From Candidatus Eiseniibacteriota bacterium (GTDB lineage Bacteria > Joyebacterota > Joyebacteria > Joyebacterales > Joyebacteraceae), in contig JAUVLG010000001.1 of assembly GCA_030595835.1 (NCBI GenBank), positions 4,614 to 68,613 on the forward strand: a stretch of DNA of 64,000 nucleotides, given 5' to 3'. Position 1 is the first letter of the stretch; the number at the start of each line of letters is the position of its first letter. The notes beneath the pieces are model-generated. The model did not search any database. It was not told the DNA's origin and saw only the letters and a program-made list of their open reading frames with translations. Positions 18,470 through 28,080 of the stretch are shown here, piece by piece. The position numbers were made by a program, and so were the translations under genes.

Positions 18470-19684
18470 CTACCTATACATCGCCTTGATGCTGCCCCAG
18501 CTCTTCTCTTCAACGGCTGAACCGGTCCAGTCCTCAAGCCATGTGTCGTCCAGCATGATCCCGGCACCGCCAGCGGAACCCGGACCGCACCCGTTATCGG
18601 TCGAGTAGAACGTCAGCTTGAACTGGAACGCCGTTCCAGGCAGGAGCGAACTGATATCTACGCCAGCAATACCGCTGGTGCCCCAACCGTCGCACTGACC
18701 GAAGTCTCCCCACCACGCGCCGGTCATCACCCAGTTGGCGCCACCGTCGACAGTGACCTCCTCGGTCCAGTAGTCGTTGTCCACCGTGGGAACTTCGGCG
18801 TGGAGCAGGAAGCGGAGCGTGCAGGTCACGCTGCCGACAACACTGACGGCCGGAGAGATCAGGGAGTTGTTGAGGTTCGGAGGCGTCAGGGACGTGTCCG
18901 CGTCGTCGCCGCACCACCAGCTGTGCGGGTCGCTGTAGGCCGGGCAGCACCTGTCGATGATGTGCCACCAGTCGCCCGAAGTCGCCGGGATACCGGGCAC
19001 GCAGAGGCCGCCGCTCTCGCCGTCATCGTAGAAATACACGTAGCCGCCGAAGTAGTCGAAGACCTTCACGTTGTCGCACGCGAAGCCGCCACCGACGGAC
19101 GCATAGAGACCGTCCTGATCCGACCAGGCGCCGTCCGACAGGAAGCGGAAACGGGCGTTGAGCGGATTGTCATACGTCTGGAGAATGAAACCGTAGATGC
19201 CGATATCGGTCCACGGCTGCGTGCCGTCGTAGCCACGGTTCAGGTCCACGTAGACACCGAGGCTCTCGGCCTGCACGTACGTGTAGTCGTAGCCCGCCTC
19301 CGAGTCATGACGGAACGCGTATGTCAGGATCGGATACGTGGCGCCCGTCAGGTCCACTGTCGGGATGACCAGTCTGTCGTCCCAGCTGTTGCCGTAACCA
19401 CCGTCGGCATCGTAGTCGAAGCTACCGCACCACCAGGACTGACCGGCGAAGGCCATGTACGCGTCCAGGTGGAAGTGAGGCACCGATGTGGCGGTGTTGT
19501 CGACGGACGTCCAGCCGGCGGTGCCGGCCTCCATGTCGTCGAAGAACAGTATGACGGGATTGCGTGAGTGCGGTGCGTCGACATCGGTCGTGTAGTTCGC
19601 GGCCGTCTTCCTGGCTACTGCGGTCGTTGCAAGGGCGAACACAGCGGCAACAACTATCAGCACACAAAGCGTTCTCTTAAGCAT
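18470..19684 (-). CDS. Secreted hypothetical protein (Sec signal peptide; Trp/Asp/Gly/Tyr-rich, Cys-containing)
   Basis: Only convincing minus-strand gene; it fills an otherwise gene-free gap. The start at 19684 gives MLKRTLCVLIVVAAVFALATTAVA-RK (classic signal peptide) with a GGAG ribosome-binding site. The track's longer start is 19756. No catalytic motif was recognised. The C-terminus ends ...EEKSWGSIKAMYR. Confidence 0.6.
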   Translation of the reverse strand: MLKRTLCVLIVVAAVFALATTAVARKTAANYTTDVDAPHSRNPVILFFDDMEAGTAGWTSVDNTATSVPHFHLDAYMAFAGQSWWCGSFDYDADGGYGNSWDDRLVIPTVDLTGATYPILTYAFRHDSEAGYDYTYVQAESLGVYVDLNRGYDGTQPWTDIGIYGFILQTYDNPLNARFRFLSDGAWSDQDGLYASVGGGFACDNVKVFDYFGGYVYFYDDGESGGLCVPGIPATSGDWWHIIDRCCPAYSDPHSWWCGDDADTSLTPPNLNNSLISPAVSVVGSVTCTLRFLLHAEVPTVDNDYWTEEVTVDGGANWVMTGAWWGDFGQCDGWGTSGIAGVDISSLLPGTAFQFKLTFYSTDNGCGPGSAGGAGIMLDDTWLEDWTGSAVEEKSWGSIKAMYR

Positions 19685-20268
19685 CGCTTCAAACTCCATG
19701 TTGAAGCCCTGGGTCGTGAGGGGAGGTGTCACATGCCCCTCTCTGGTCCATCCCAATCGCCGGGCGGAAGATCCGCCCCGGATGTAAGAACGGTTGTCTT
19801 GATATCCTCCTTTGCTGCAGCCGAGCCCGTTGGCTCAAATGTCCCCTGAACGGTTCTCGCGGGGCCTACAGCTTCGTTCTTCGTGCAATTGACGTGCCAA
19901 GAGCGGCTTGTGACCTCTGTAACGAGCACAAGTGTGGGGGATTAGGAACTCAAGAGAGCAGTCGAGTAGCTCGAAGGAGAACTCGCGCCTCGCATGGCCC
20001 CGGGATCATGGAACGGGCCGCAGAGCATCATGCAAGCACCCGGTTGCACCGTGCCCTGCACGCGGCGGGGGGTGCCTCGCGGTACCCGTGGATTCTCCGC
20101 AACTTGCGACGGTGAAAGCCCTTGACCGCCTGTTCGATGACGGATATTCTGACGGTATTGCTGACTATTCGAGAGCGCGTTCGGAAGCGGCCGTTCTTCG
20201 GTGCGGGTACCCGCGCCCCGGAACTGCCGCGGAGGGCGCGCAGGCCCACAAGGCGTGAGCCCTGAGAC

Positions 20269-21681
20269 ATGACTGAGAAGAGCAACCTGAGCGCAATCCC
20301 TTCCGTGGATGCCGTCATGGCCCATCTCGCTGAGAGGGGCCTCGACGCGATCCAGCCGAGAGCGATCGCCCTGCGACTCGTGAGGGAGATCCTCGAACGC
20401 GAGCGCGCGGCTATGCTCGAGGGAGACGAGTGCGACGGTGAGTCAGCAGCGCGCGCGCGGCGCCGCATCCTGGCCGACGTGGAGGCAGAGATCATCCATT
20501 CTCCCGCGCGGGGGCTCGTCCCGGTAATCAATGCGACCGGGATCGTCGTTCACACGAACCTGGGCAGGGCTCCGCTGTCCGAGGAGGCCGTGGCCGCCGT
20601 CGCGGAGGTTGCGCGGGGCTACTCGAACCTGGAGTACGATCTTCTGCGGGGCGCTCGCGGCAAGCGTGACTACCTCGTGACGGACGCACTGTGCGAACTG
20701 ACGGGGGCCGAGGATGCGCTTGTCGTTAACAACAACGCTGCGGCCGTCCTCTTGGTGCTGAACACGCTCGCCCAGGGCCGTGAGGTTATCGTTTCGCGCG
20801 GTGAGCTGATCGAGATCGGCGGATCGTTCAGATTGCCGGACGTGTTCGAGCGCAGCGGCTCTCGGATGGTGGAAGTGGGAACGACGAACCGTACTCACCT
20901 TTCGGACTTCCGGGATGCGATCAGAAGCAGTACCGGCGCCCTGTTGTCGGCTCACTGGAGCAACTACTCGATATCGGGTTTCGTCGAGCGCGTGTCTCTC
21001 CGGGAACTGGCGGCGCTCGGGACGCACTTCGGTATTCCCGTGATTCACGATCTCGGGAGTGGCATCCTTGCCGAGCCCGCGAAGCTGGGACTCGCGGGCG
21101 AGATGACGGTCAGGGAAAGCGTCTCCGCGGGAGCGACGGTGTCGACGTTCAGCGGTGACAAGATACTCGGGGGCCCGCAGGCGGGGATCGCAGTGGGCAC
21201 GGCGAGCGCCATCGCCCGCATGAGGGCCAATCCACTGATGCGGGCGCTTCGCCCCGGGAAGCTGACCCTGGCCGCGCTGGCGGCGACCCTTCAGAGCTAT
21301 CTCAGGGGAGAAGCGGAGACGGCGGTCCCTGTGCTGGCGTCCATCCTGATCCCGCTCGACGCGCTCGCCCGAAGGGCAGAGGGTATGGCCGACTCGCTGG
21401 CGTCCTCGCTGGGCGATGTGGCGCGGGTGTCGGTGGTGGATCTGGAGGGACTGGTCGGCGGCGGAGCCGCGCCGGAGAGGGTGATACCCAGCATCGGTCT
21501 CGAGATAGAGCCGCGAGGTGATGTTTCGACGGGGTTCGTCAAATCGGCGATGCTGAGGCAATCGCCCGCCGTCGTGGCCCGGACTCATGAAGACCGGATC
21601 ATCCTGGATCTGAGGACGGTCGCTGAGAGTCAGGATCCCGCGGTTATTGCCGCGTTGCTTAGCGCATTCGAGGAGAAATAG
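20269..21681 (+). CDS. selA: L-seryl-tRNA(Sec) selenium transferase
   Basis: 470 aa. SelA-specific N-terminal domain, PLP fold and FSGDKILGGPQAGI lysine motif. Confidence 0.9.
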   Translation: MTEKSNLSAIPSVDAVMAHLAERGLDAIQPRAIALRLVREILERERAAMLEGDECDGESAARARRRILADVEAEIIHSPARGLVPVINATGIVVHTNLGRAPLSEEAVAAVAEVARGYSNLEYDLLRGARGKRDYLVTDALCELTGAEDALVVNNNAAAVLLVLNTLAQGREVIVSRGELIEIGGSFRLPDVFERSGSRMVEVGTTNRTHLSDFRDAIRSSTGALLSAHWSNYSISGFVERVSLRELAALGTHFGIPVIHDLGSGILAEPAKLGLAGEMTVRESVSAGATVSTFSGDKILGGPQAGIAVGTASAIARMRANPLMRALRPGKLTLAALAATLQSYLRGEAETAVPVLASILIPLDALARRAEGMADSLASSLGDVARVSVVDLEGLVGGGAAPERVIPSIGLEIEPRGDVSTGFVKSAMLRQSPAVVARTHEDRIILDLRTVAESQDPAVIAALLSAFEEK

Positions 21682-21683
21682 CT

Positions 21684-23237
21684 GTGGAACTGAGGTCCTC
21701 GTCGGGAGTGCATCGTGAAGAGCTCGAGCGTCTGCGCGAGTCCGGTGTGCTCGTTGGCTTCGTCACCCTGGAGCGTTTCGGGGAACCGCGTGCGCGTGTA
21801 CTGGTGCGTCCGGTGATTGGGGATGGGGTCGCAGGGTGGATGCCGGACCTCGAGAGCTCCCTGGATGTCGTGAAGGGCGTTGTCGGGATCTCCGGAACGG
21901 ACATGGCAGAGGCCGCGGGTCTCGCGGCCGACGCCGCAGCGTGGTTCGGTGACAGAGGAAGAGCGGTGGTCCTTGTAGACGCGGCCGTCGAACACCCCGT
22001 TCTTGGGAAGGCGCTCTACGAAGACCGCGATGAGGGATTGGTGGACGCGGTCCTGTTCGGAGTGTCGGGTGCCGCCGTTCTCCGGCGCACTCTCGCGGCG
22101 GGCGTAAGCGTGATCACGGCGGGTTCGCATCCCCTGTCGGTTGACAGCGTCTTCGAGACGGTGGAGTTCGCAAGGACGCTCAGGGGACTCGCTGAGGATG
22201 CGTTGGTTCTCGTGATCGTGCCTCCGAGCCATGTGCCGCAGACCCTGCGGCTTTTGGACGCCGCGGTCTGCGTTGCCGGGAGCAGCGCGGAGCTTGCGGC
22301 TCTGGCCTCGCTCACTGGTGACGTGAGGACGATAGGAGTGCTCGTTAGCGAGGGACGGGAGCTGGACGTGGACGTCGCGGATTCCGTGGACGCCGGGGAG
22401 TCCGTGGGCCTCGAGGGGTCCGGTGAGCGGGTCGAGGATCCAGTACTCGTGCTGCCGACGCGCGATCAACCCGGCATCGAGGAAGGAACTGAAGCGCCGG
22501 GGATGGATCCCACGCTCGAGGGTTTGGAACTCCGTGATGACGAGAGCGAAACAGCGCCTGAGGGTAACGAGAGCGCCCAGGACAGCTCCACTCTGATAGG
22601 CTCCCCCTCCGGACGCAGTCGGAGAAGGTCCCAGCATGTGGCTATTACGGTGGCAGTGCTTGTGATCGTCGGGATCGCGACGATCTTGTGGTGGTTCGTT
22701 GACGGAGAGCGCAGGTTTGCCTCGCGACTCGACGGACCTGTCCGGACGGCACAGGAGCGCGTGTTGCCGGATCGAGGCACGGAGATCTCAGAGGACGGGG
22801 CTCTGTCCCCCGGTGAACCGAGCGGAGACGTGCCGGCCGACGAAGGCGCGGCTGGCGCGGATCAAGGTCCGGGTGGCGCGGAAGAAGGCGTCGCTGGAGC
22901 GGAAGAAGGCGCGGCTGGGGCGGACGACTCCGCTGTGCGCCCGGCGCGCGAGCCGCTCGACGGGGACGCGGTGATCCGCGGACCCGGCGGTCGGTACCGT
23001 ATCATGATCAGCTCGCATCGCCACGAGGGCGCAGCCGTCTTCGAAGCAGGACAGCTGATCGAGCAGGGTGTGGCCGTGGAGGTGGTGGGGGCGGAGGTGG
23101 AAGACAGAGGAACCTGGTTCCGGGTCGTGGTGTCCGGGGGGTATCCAACTGTCACGAGCGCGCGCGAAGTTCTTGACACCATCAAGGTTCTTGGGTATGA
23201 AGGTGCCTGGATAGAGCGTGTGGCCGACAACAAGTAA
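21684..23237 (+). CDS. SPOR-domain membrane protein with an N-terminal degenerate ParA/MinD-like domain
   Basis: The N-terminal ~230 aa resemble a deviant-Walker ATPase fold, but the P-loop reads GISGTDMAEAAG (no GKT/S). An acidic Gly/Glu/Ala linker, one TM helix (VAITVAVLVIVGIATILWWFV) and a second low-complexity stretch follow. The C-terminus is a SPOR repeat (YRIMISSHRHEGAAVFEAGQLIEQGVAVEVV...WFRVVVSGGYPT). GTG start with AGGAG. Confidence 0.6.
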   Translation: MELRSSSGVHREELERLRESGVLVGFVTLERFGEPRARVLVRPVIGDGVAGWMPDLESSLDVVKGVVGISGTDMAEAAGLAADAAAWFGDRGRAVVLVDAAVEHPVLGKALYEDRDEGLVDAVLFGVSGAAVLRRTLAAGVSVITAGSHPLSVDSVFETVEFARTLRGLAEDALVLVIVPPSHVPQTLRLLDAAVCVAGSSAELAALASLTGDVRTIGVLVSEGRELDVDVADSVDAGESVGLEGSGERVEDPVLVLPTRDQPGIEEGTEAPGMDPTLEGLELRDDESETAPEGNESAQDSSTLIGSPSGRSRRRSQHVAITVAVLVIVGIATILWWFVDGERRFASRLDGPVRTAQERVLPDRGTEISEDGALSPGEPSGDVPADEGAAGADQGPGGAEEGVAGAEEGAAGADDSAVRPAREPLDGDAVIRGPGGRYRIMISSHRHEGAAVFEAGQLIEQGVAVEVVGAEVEDRGTWFRVVVSGGYPTVTSAREVLDTIKVLGYEGAWIERVADNK

Positions 23238-23253
23238 CGAGTAAGGAGGGGCG

Positions 23254-26200
23254 GTGTACCTCAAGACGCTGGATCTCTTCGGGTTCAAATCCTTCGCGCA
23301 CAAGCTGAGTCTTGAGTTCGGTCGCGGCATGACGTGCGTCGTCGGGCCCAACGGGTGTGGGAAAACGAACATCGCTGACGCCATTCGGTGGGTCCTGGGG
23401 GAACAGAGCCCCTCGGAGCTGCGCGGCGCCAGCATGGCCGACGTCATATTCAACGGCACGAAGCAGCGCCGTCGACTCGGTATGGCCGAAGTATCGCTGA
23501 CTATCGACAATTCCGGCGGCTACCTTCCGACCGACTACACGGAGGTCGTCATCGGGCGACGCGTCTTCCGGTCGGGAGAGAGCGAGTATCTTCTCAACAA
23601 GACCCCCTGTCGACTCAGGGACATCCAGGACCTGTTCCTCGATACGGGCCTCGGCACGCGGACCTACTCGCTGATCGAGCGTAAGATGGTCGACTCGATC
23701 CTCTCGGACTCCAGCGGCCACCGCCGCTTCATGTTCGAGGAAGCGGCCGGTATCATGAAGTACAAGGTCCGGAAGCGCTCGACACTCAACAAGATCGCCG
23801 CCACCGAAAGCGACATGCAGCGCGTGTCTGATATCATCAGCGAGGTCGAGAAGCAGGTGAGGTCGCTCAAGCGTCAGCTGGCGCAGGCGCGGCGGCACCG
23901 GCGCTACACCGACGGCCTCAAGGAACTGGATATCTCGCTGGGTCGCAGGGAATACGCCGAGTGGCAGGCCAGGAAGGACGAGTCGAGCGGCCGGCTCGAC
24001 CAGCTGCGCGGGACGATACGCGATTGTGACGCAGTGCTCGGGAGGTCCGAGCGTGACGGCATGGGTGTCCGCACGGAGCGCCACGACAAGGAAGAGGCAC
24101 TGGAGAGTCTCGAGATAGAGATCGGCGAACTGGATGCGCGGGCGCGTTCACTCGCGGACGGACTCCTGGTCGCCACCGAGAGGCGCAGTGCGTCGGAGCG
24201 CCGCGTCGCGGAACTGGACACAGAACTCACCGACATAAGGGCCGATCTGTCTCTCGCGCTTACGAAGGTGGCGCGACTCGATGACGAGATCAATGGAGCC
24301 GCGGAGAGGGCCGAGGAACGCGACGGCGAGCTGTCGTCCGTGACGGAAGGCCTGTCCGACGTTGAAGGGGAGTATCGCAGACTCAGGGATCTGCTCGACG
24401 GGCAGAAACAGACTCGACTCGCCGGTCTCGAGAGTTCGGCGGGACTCAAGGGAGAACTCGAGAGCTACAGGACGCGTCTGGACGATCTGTCGGAGGAGCA
24501 CGTCGCCCTCGAGGCGGGACTCGGTGAGAACAGGGGGGCACTCGCCGAGAAGGAAGAACTCATCCTGACGGCGCTGGAGTCTGAGAAGAGCCTCCGCGAA
24601 GTGGCTCACGAGGCCGCGGTCGCGCACAAGCAGGGGACCGCCTCGCTTGACGGCGCCAGAGAGAATCTCCTCGGAGCGCGCGAGCGCAAGACGAAGCTCG
24701 AGGGAGAACTGGACGCGGCAGAGCACAAGAGGCAGCTTCTGTCCGAGATGCGCGACGGCTACGGCGGCTTCCAGGAGGGTGTGCGATCGCTGCTGACTGA
24801 CGACGCGGGCACGGTCACGGGGCTTGTGGGAACGGTGGCCGACGTGATCAGCGTCGATCAGGGCATGGAGGGCGCCATCGAGACGGCGCTGGCGGGTGCG
24901 GTGCAGTACATCGTAACTCGTGACGTACAATCGGCGCGAGATGCCATGGGGCATCTTTCCAGAGGTGCGCTCGGCAAGGCGACATTCATCCCGGTCTCCG
25001 AGCTCGCCGGAATCCACGTGGAACGTCCGCCTGAAGGCGTTCTGTCGGCGGACGGTGTGGTGGGCCGGGGGTCGGACGTGGTCAGCTGTGACGCTTCCCT
25101 GGGAACGCTGCCCGAGTTCCTGCTCGAGGGCGTTGTGATCGTGCGCGACCTCGACACCGCGCTGGCTCTCAGGGGGCGAGAGGACGCGCGTACCCTGGCA
25201 TTCGTCACTCCAGAGGGCGACATGGCGACCGCGGCGGGGGTCCTGTCCGGGGGGCGCCCCGGGAATGAGGAGGCCGGCCTCCTGCGGCGCTCTGAGCGGC
25301 TCAAGGCGGCGGAGCGAGACGCGGAGGAACTCACGAAGCGTCTGGCGGAGGCGAGGCAGAACGAGGAGAAGGTAGAGCGTGAGCTGGCCGATGCGTCGGA
25401 GGCCGCGGAGCGGGCGGAGGCCGCGGCGGAACGTGCGGAGGCCGAGCTCTGGGAAGCCAAGCGACAGCTCACTGAGCTGGAACTAGGTAAGACGCACCTC
25501 GCCGACAGCGGCGCCCGGCTCGCGGCCAATCGGGACGCGCTTGGCGTCAGGATGGAATCCACGAGAAAGGACGTCGCGCTGCTGGCCGATCGACTGTCTC
25601 AGCTCTCGAGGGGCGAGGACGAGCTGGGAGAGCAGGTGGGCGAACTCGAGCGGAGATTCAAGCTCGCCGAGAGGGAGCGCGCCAAGGCGGCGGAGAAGGA
25701 GAAGCAGACTGAGATAGGCGCCGCCGCCGCGAGGTCTGAACTCACGCAGCTGAAGGCGGAGCACGCACAGCTCAACGAGAACGTGAGGACGGCGCGGAGC
25801 GCCATCGAGAGGAAGATGGAGGAACGCGAGCAGCACACACGCGTCGTGACCCAGTTGGACACTCGCAATGCGGCCGACGGCGAGGTCCTTTCCGGTCTGA
25901 ACGAACAGAAGAACGCGATCGAGCGGGACAGGGACTCGATGCGCGATCTGGTGAGGGAGCTCCGCGTTCGGATAGAGAGGCTGGACGAGGGTACCAAGTC
26001 GTCCAGGGAGGCCAGGGACGGAGCGCAGGTCGAGCTGCACGAGATCGAGCTTAGGAACACCGAACTCCGGAGCCGGTTCGAGTCCTTGCGGGAGCGGCTC
26101 ATGGAGGAGTACTCCGCTGATGTTCAGGAACTCGGCGACCTCCCGTCCGGGGAGGACGCGCCGCTCTTCGACGCTCCGAAGGCGAGGGAGGAGATCGAAC

Positions 26201-26865
26201 GCCTCAAGGCGCGTCTGCGCGCGATGGGACCGGTCAACCTCCTTGCGCTTGACGAGTATGACGAGGAGAGCAAGCGCCTTGAGTTCCTCACGGGGCAGTA
26301 TGAGGACCTCGAGAAATCCAAGGAGTCCCTGAAGGCCGCGATCAACAAGATCAACGAGACCGCGCGCGAGATGTTCCTCGAGACGTTTGCGCTGGTGCAG
26401 CGGAACTTCATCGATGTGTTCCAGCGGCTCTTCGAGGGGGGAGACGCGGACCTCAGGCTCGCCGAACCGGACAATCCACTCGAGTCGGCCATCGAGATAG
26501 TGGCATCACCACGGCAGAAGAGACTCGGCCGTCTCTCGCTGCTCTCGGGCGGCGAGAGGGCGCTGACGGCGATCGCGCTCCTGTTCGCGATCTACCTGGT
26601 CAAGCCGTCTCCGTTCTGTATTCTTGACGAGGTGGACGCGCCGCTTGACGACGCGAACGTGCAACGATTCGTCCGCATGCTGAGGGAGTTCTCCGCACGG
26701 ACCCAGTTCATCATCATCACGCACAACAAGGCGACCATGAAGGAGACCGATCGTCTCTACGGCATCACGATGGAGGAGTCGGGCGTTTCCAAGGTCGTTT
26801 CTGTCAGTCTCGATCACGCACGGGAAGAGGTGGCGAGTGAGGAAACCGTTCTCGAGACTGCGTGA
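23254..26865 (+). CDS. smc: Chromosome partition protein Smc
   Basis: 1203 aa. N-terminal Walker A VVGPNGCGKTNIADAIRWVLGEQS, long coiled coils, a hinge, and C-terminal LSGGERALTAIALLFAI...ILDEVDAPLD signature. Confidence 0.95.
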   Translation: MYLKTLDLFGFKSFAHKLSLEFGRGMTCVVGPNGCGKTNIADAIRWVLGEQSPSELRGASMADVIFNGTKQRRRLGMAEVSLTIDNSGGYLPTDYTEVVIGRRVFRSGESEYLLNKTPCRLRDIQDLFLDTGLGTRTYSLIERKMVDSILSDSSGHRRFMFEEAAGIMKYKVRKRSTLNKIAATESDMQRVSDIISEVEKQVRSLKRQLAQARRHRRYTDGLKELDISLGRREYAEWQARKDESSGRLDQLRGTIRDCDAVLGRSERDGMGVRTERHDKEEALESLEIEIGELDARARSLADGLLVATERRSASERRVAELDTELTDIRADLSLALTKVARLDDEINGAAERAEERDGELSSVTEGLSDVEGEYRRLRDLLDGQKQTRLAGLESSAGLKGELESYRTRLDDLSEEHVALEAGLGENRGALAEKEELILTALESEKSLREVAHEAAVAHKQGTASLDGARENLLGARERKTKLEGELDAAEHKRQLLSEMRDGYGGFQEGVRSLLTDDAGTVTGLVGTVADVISVDQGMEGAIETALAGAVQYIVTRDVQSARDAMGHLSRGALGKATFIPVSELAGIHVERPPEGVLSADGVVGRGSDVVSCDASLGTLPEFLLEGVVIVRDLDTALALRGREDARTLAFVTPEGDMATAAGVLSGGRPGNEEAGLLRRSERLKAAERDAEELTKRLAEARQNEEKVERELADASEAAERAEAAAERAEAELWEAKRQLTELELGKTHLADSGARLAANRDALGVRMESTRKDVALLADRLSQLSRGEDELGEQVGELERRFKLAERERAKAAEKEKQTEIGAAAARSELTQLKAEHAQLNENVRTARSAIERKMEEREQHTRVVTQLDTRNAADGEVLSGLNEQKNAIERDRDSMRDLVRELRVRIERLDEGTKSSREARDGAQVELHEIELRNTELRSRFESLRERLMEEYSADVQELGDLPSGEDAPLFDAPKAREEIERLKARLRAMGPVNLLALDEYDEESKRLEFLTGQYEDLEKSKESLKAAINKINETAREMFLETFALVQRNFIDVFQRLFEGGDADLRLAEPDNPLESAIEIVASPRQKRLGRLSLLSGGERALTAIALLFAIYLVKPSPFCILDEVDAPLDDANVQRFVRMLREFSARTQFIIITHNKATMKETDRLYGITMEESGVSKVVSVSLDHAREEVASEETVLETA

Positions 26866-27781
26866 TGGTCTGGCGAAGACAAGGCGGGCGATCACAGAGG
26901 GGATCCGGGGAGCGCTCGGTCGAGGCGGAGGCCTTGACGGCGCCGCGCTGGATTCGATAGAAGAGATCCTGATTGCAGCCGACCTCGGGGTCGAGACCGC
27001 CCTCCACCTGGTGGATGCACTCCGGAACCGCTTCGGAGGGAACGGCGCGGGCTCGGAGGAAGAGGTCAGGGAATTCCTCGCCGTGGAGATAGAACAGACG
27101 CTGCGAGCTGCTGAGCGAGAGGGCGCCCAGGGAGAACCCGGGGCGCCTCTTGTCGTCATGGTGGCGGGCGTCAACGGAGTGGGCAAGACAACCACGATCG
27201 GCAAGCTCTCGCGCATTCACGCAGACGAGGGACGCAGTGTCATCCTGGCGGCGGCGGACACGTTCCGGGCCGCCGCGAGCGAGCAGCTGTCCATCTGGGC
27301 GGACAGGAGCGCCGCGCAGTTCGTCGGGGGCCAGCTGGGTGGTGACGCGGCCGCCGTCGCGTACGATGCTCTGGACGCGGCGATCGCCCGTTCGGCGCAG
27401 GTGCTTCTGGTGGACACGGCCGGCCGGCTCCACACGCAGAAGAACCTGATGCAGGAACTCGTGAAGGTCAAACGAGTCCTCGGCAAACGACTTGCCAGCG
27501 CGCCCCACGAGGTGCTGCTCGTGATCGATGCGAACACGGGGCAGAACGCGCTCTTGCAGGCCAGGGTGTTCGATGACGCACTGGGTCTGACGGGGCTCGT
27601 GCTGACCAAGCTCGACGGGACCGCGCGCGGGGGCATCGTCGTCGCCATCGCCAGGGAGCTATCCATTCCCGTGCGGTTCGTGGGGGTGGGTGAGGCCATC
27701 GATGACATCGAGCCTTTCGACGCCTCCGCCTTCGCCAGGGGCCTCCTGGGAGTGCCCGCAGTGAGTTCCGAGACGACTTGA
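26837..27781 (+). CDS. ftsY: Signal recognition particle receptor FtsY
   Basis: MRKPFSRLRDGLAKTR start, NG domain with VVMVAGVNGVGKTTTIGKL and DTAGR. GTG start overlaps the smc 3' end by 29 nt. Confidence 0.9.
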   Translation: MRKPFSRLRDGLAKTRRAITEGIRGALGRGGGLDGAALDSIEEILIAADLGVETALHLVDALRNRFGGNGAGSEEEVREFLAVEIEQTLRAAEREGAQGEPGAPLVVMVAGVNGVGKTTTIGKLSRIHADEGRSVILAAADTFRAAASEQLSIWADRSAAQFVGGQLGGDAAAVAYDALDAAIARSAQVLLVDTAGRLHTQKNLMQELVKVKRVLGKRLASAPHEVLLVIDANTGQNALLQARVFDDALGLTGLVLTKLDGTARGGIVVAIARELSIPVRFVGVGEAIDDIEPFDASAFARGLLGVPAVSSETT

Positions 27782-27801
27782 CACCGCCCCACCGGGGTGG
27801 T
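27782..27801 (+). terminator. Possible ftsY terminator hairpin
   Basis: CACCGCCCC-acc-GGGGTGGT stem-loop (8 bp including one G-U) directly after the ftsY stop. No U-tract. Confidence 0.25.
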
Positions 27802-27825
27802 AGATTCTCTAGTGACATCTGAATA

Positions 27826-27945
27826 CAAGTTCCTTCGGGGCGGGGTGCAAGTCCCCACCGGCGGTCAGAGCCCGCGAGCGGAGCAATCCGCAGAGCCTGT
27901 GTAATCCAGGCGCCGACAGTGAAAGTCTGGATGGTAGGAGGAGCC
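27826..27945 (+). promoter_or_regulatory. FMN riboswitch (RFN element) upstream of ribD
   Basis: Highly conserved RFN segments are present: UUCGGGGCGGGGUGCAAGUCCCCACCGGCGGU, then AGAGCCCGCGAGCG, then CCGACAGUGAAAGUCUGGAUGGUAGGAG. They match the B. subtilis ribD-leader consensus (GGUGAAAUUCC...CCGACAGUGAAAGUCUGGAUGGGAGA). A U-rich expression platform (GCGUUUUCUUUGCCCGGCGGUGUUUCUC) follows. Confidence 0.85.
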
Positions 27946-28080
27946 GGCACGGTAGCAGTTTGTACTCGTGTCTCGTAGCGCCTCGAAGGATGTACGGGGC
28001 GCGTTTTCTTTGCCCGGCGGTGTTTCTCAGCGTCGCAGGGGATCCTTCTCACTGCTACATGAGGCGGTGGCGGTTTGAGT

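Noticed and set aside
18470-19684. Minus-strand secreted protein as a T9SS cargo
   Set aside because: Its C-terminal 80 residues lack the G.Y / K..I.K pattern seen in the 53083-54456 protein. No YPNPF-like entry motif.
19757-20268. tRNA-Sec (selC) in the divergent region upstream of selA
   Set aside because: No T-arm GGTTCGA/TCGAACC-like motif, acceptor-T stem pairing or long variable arm could be folded on either strand.
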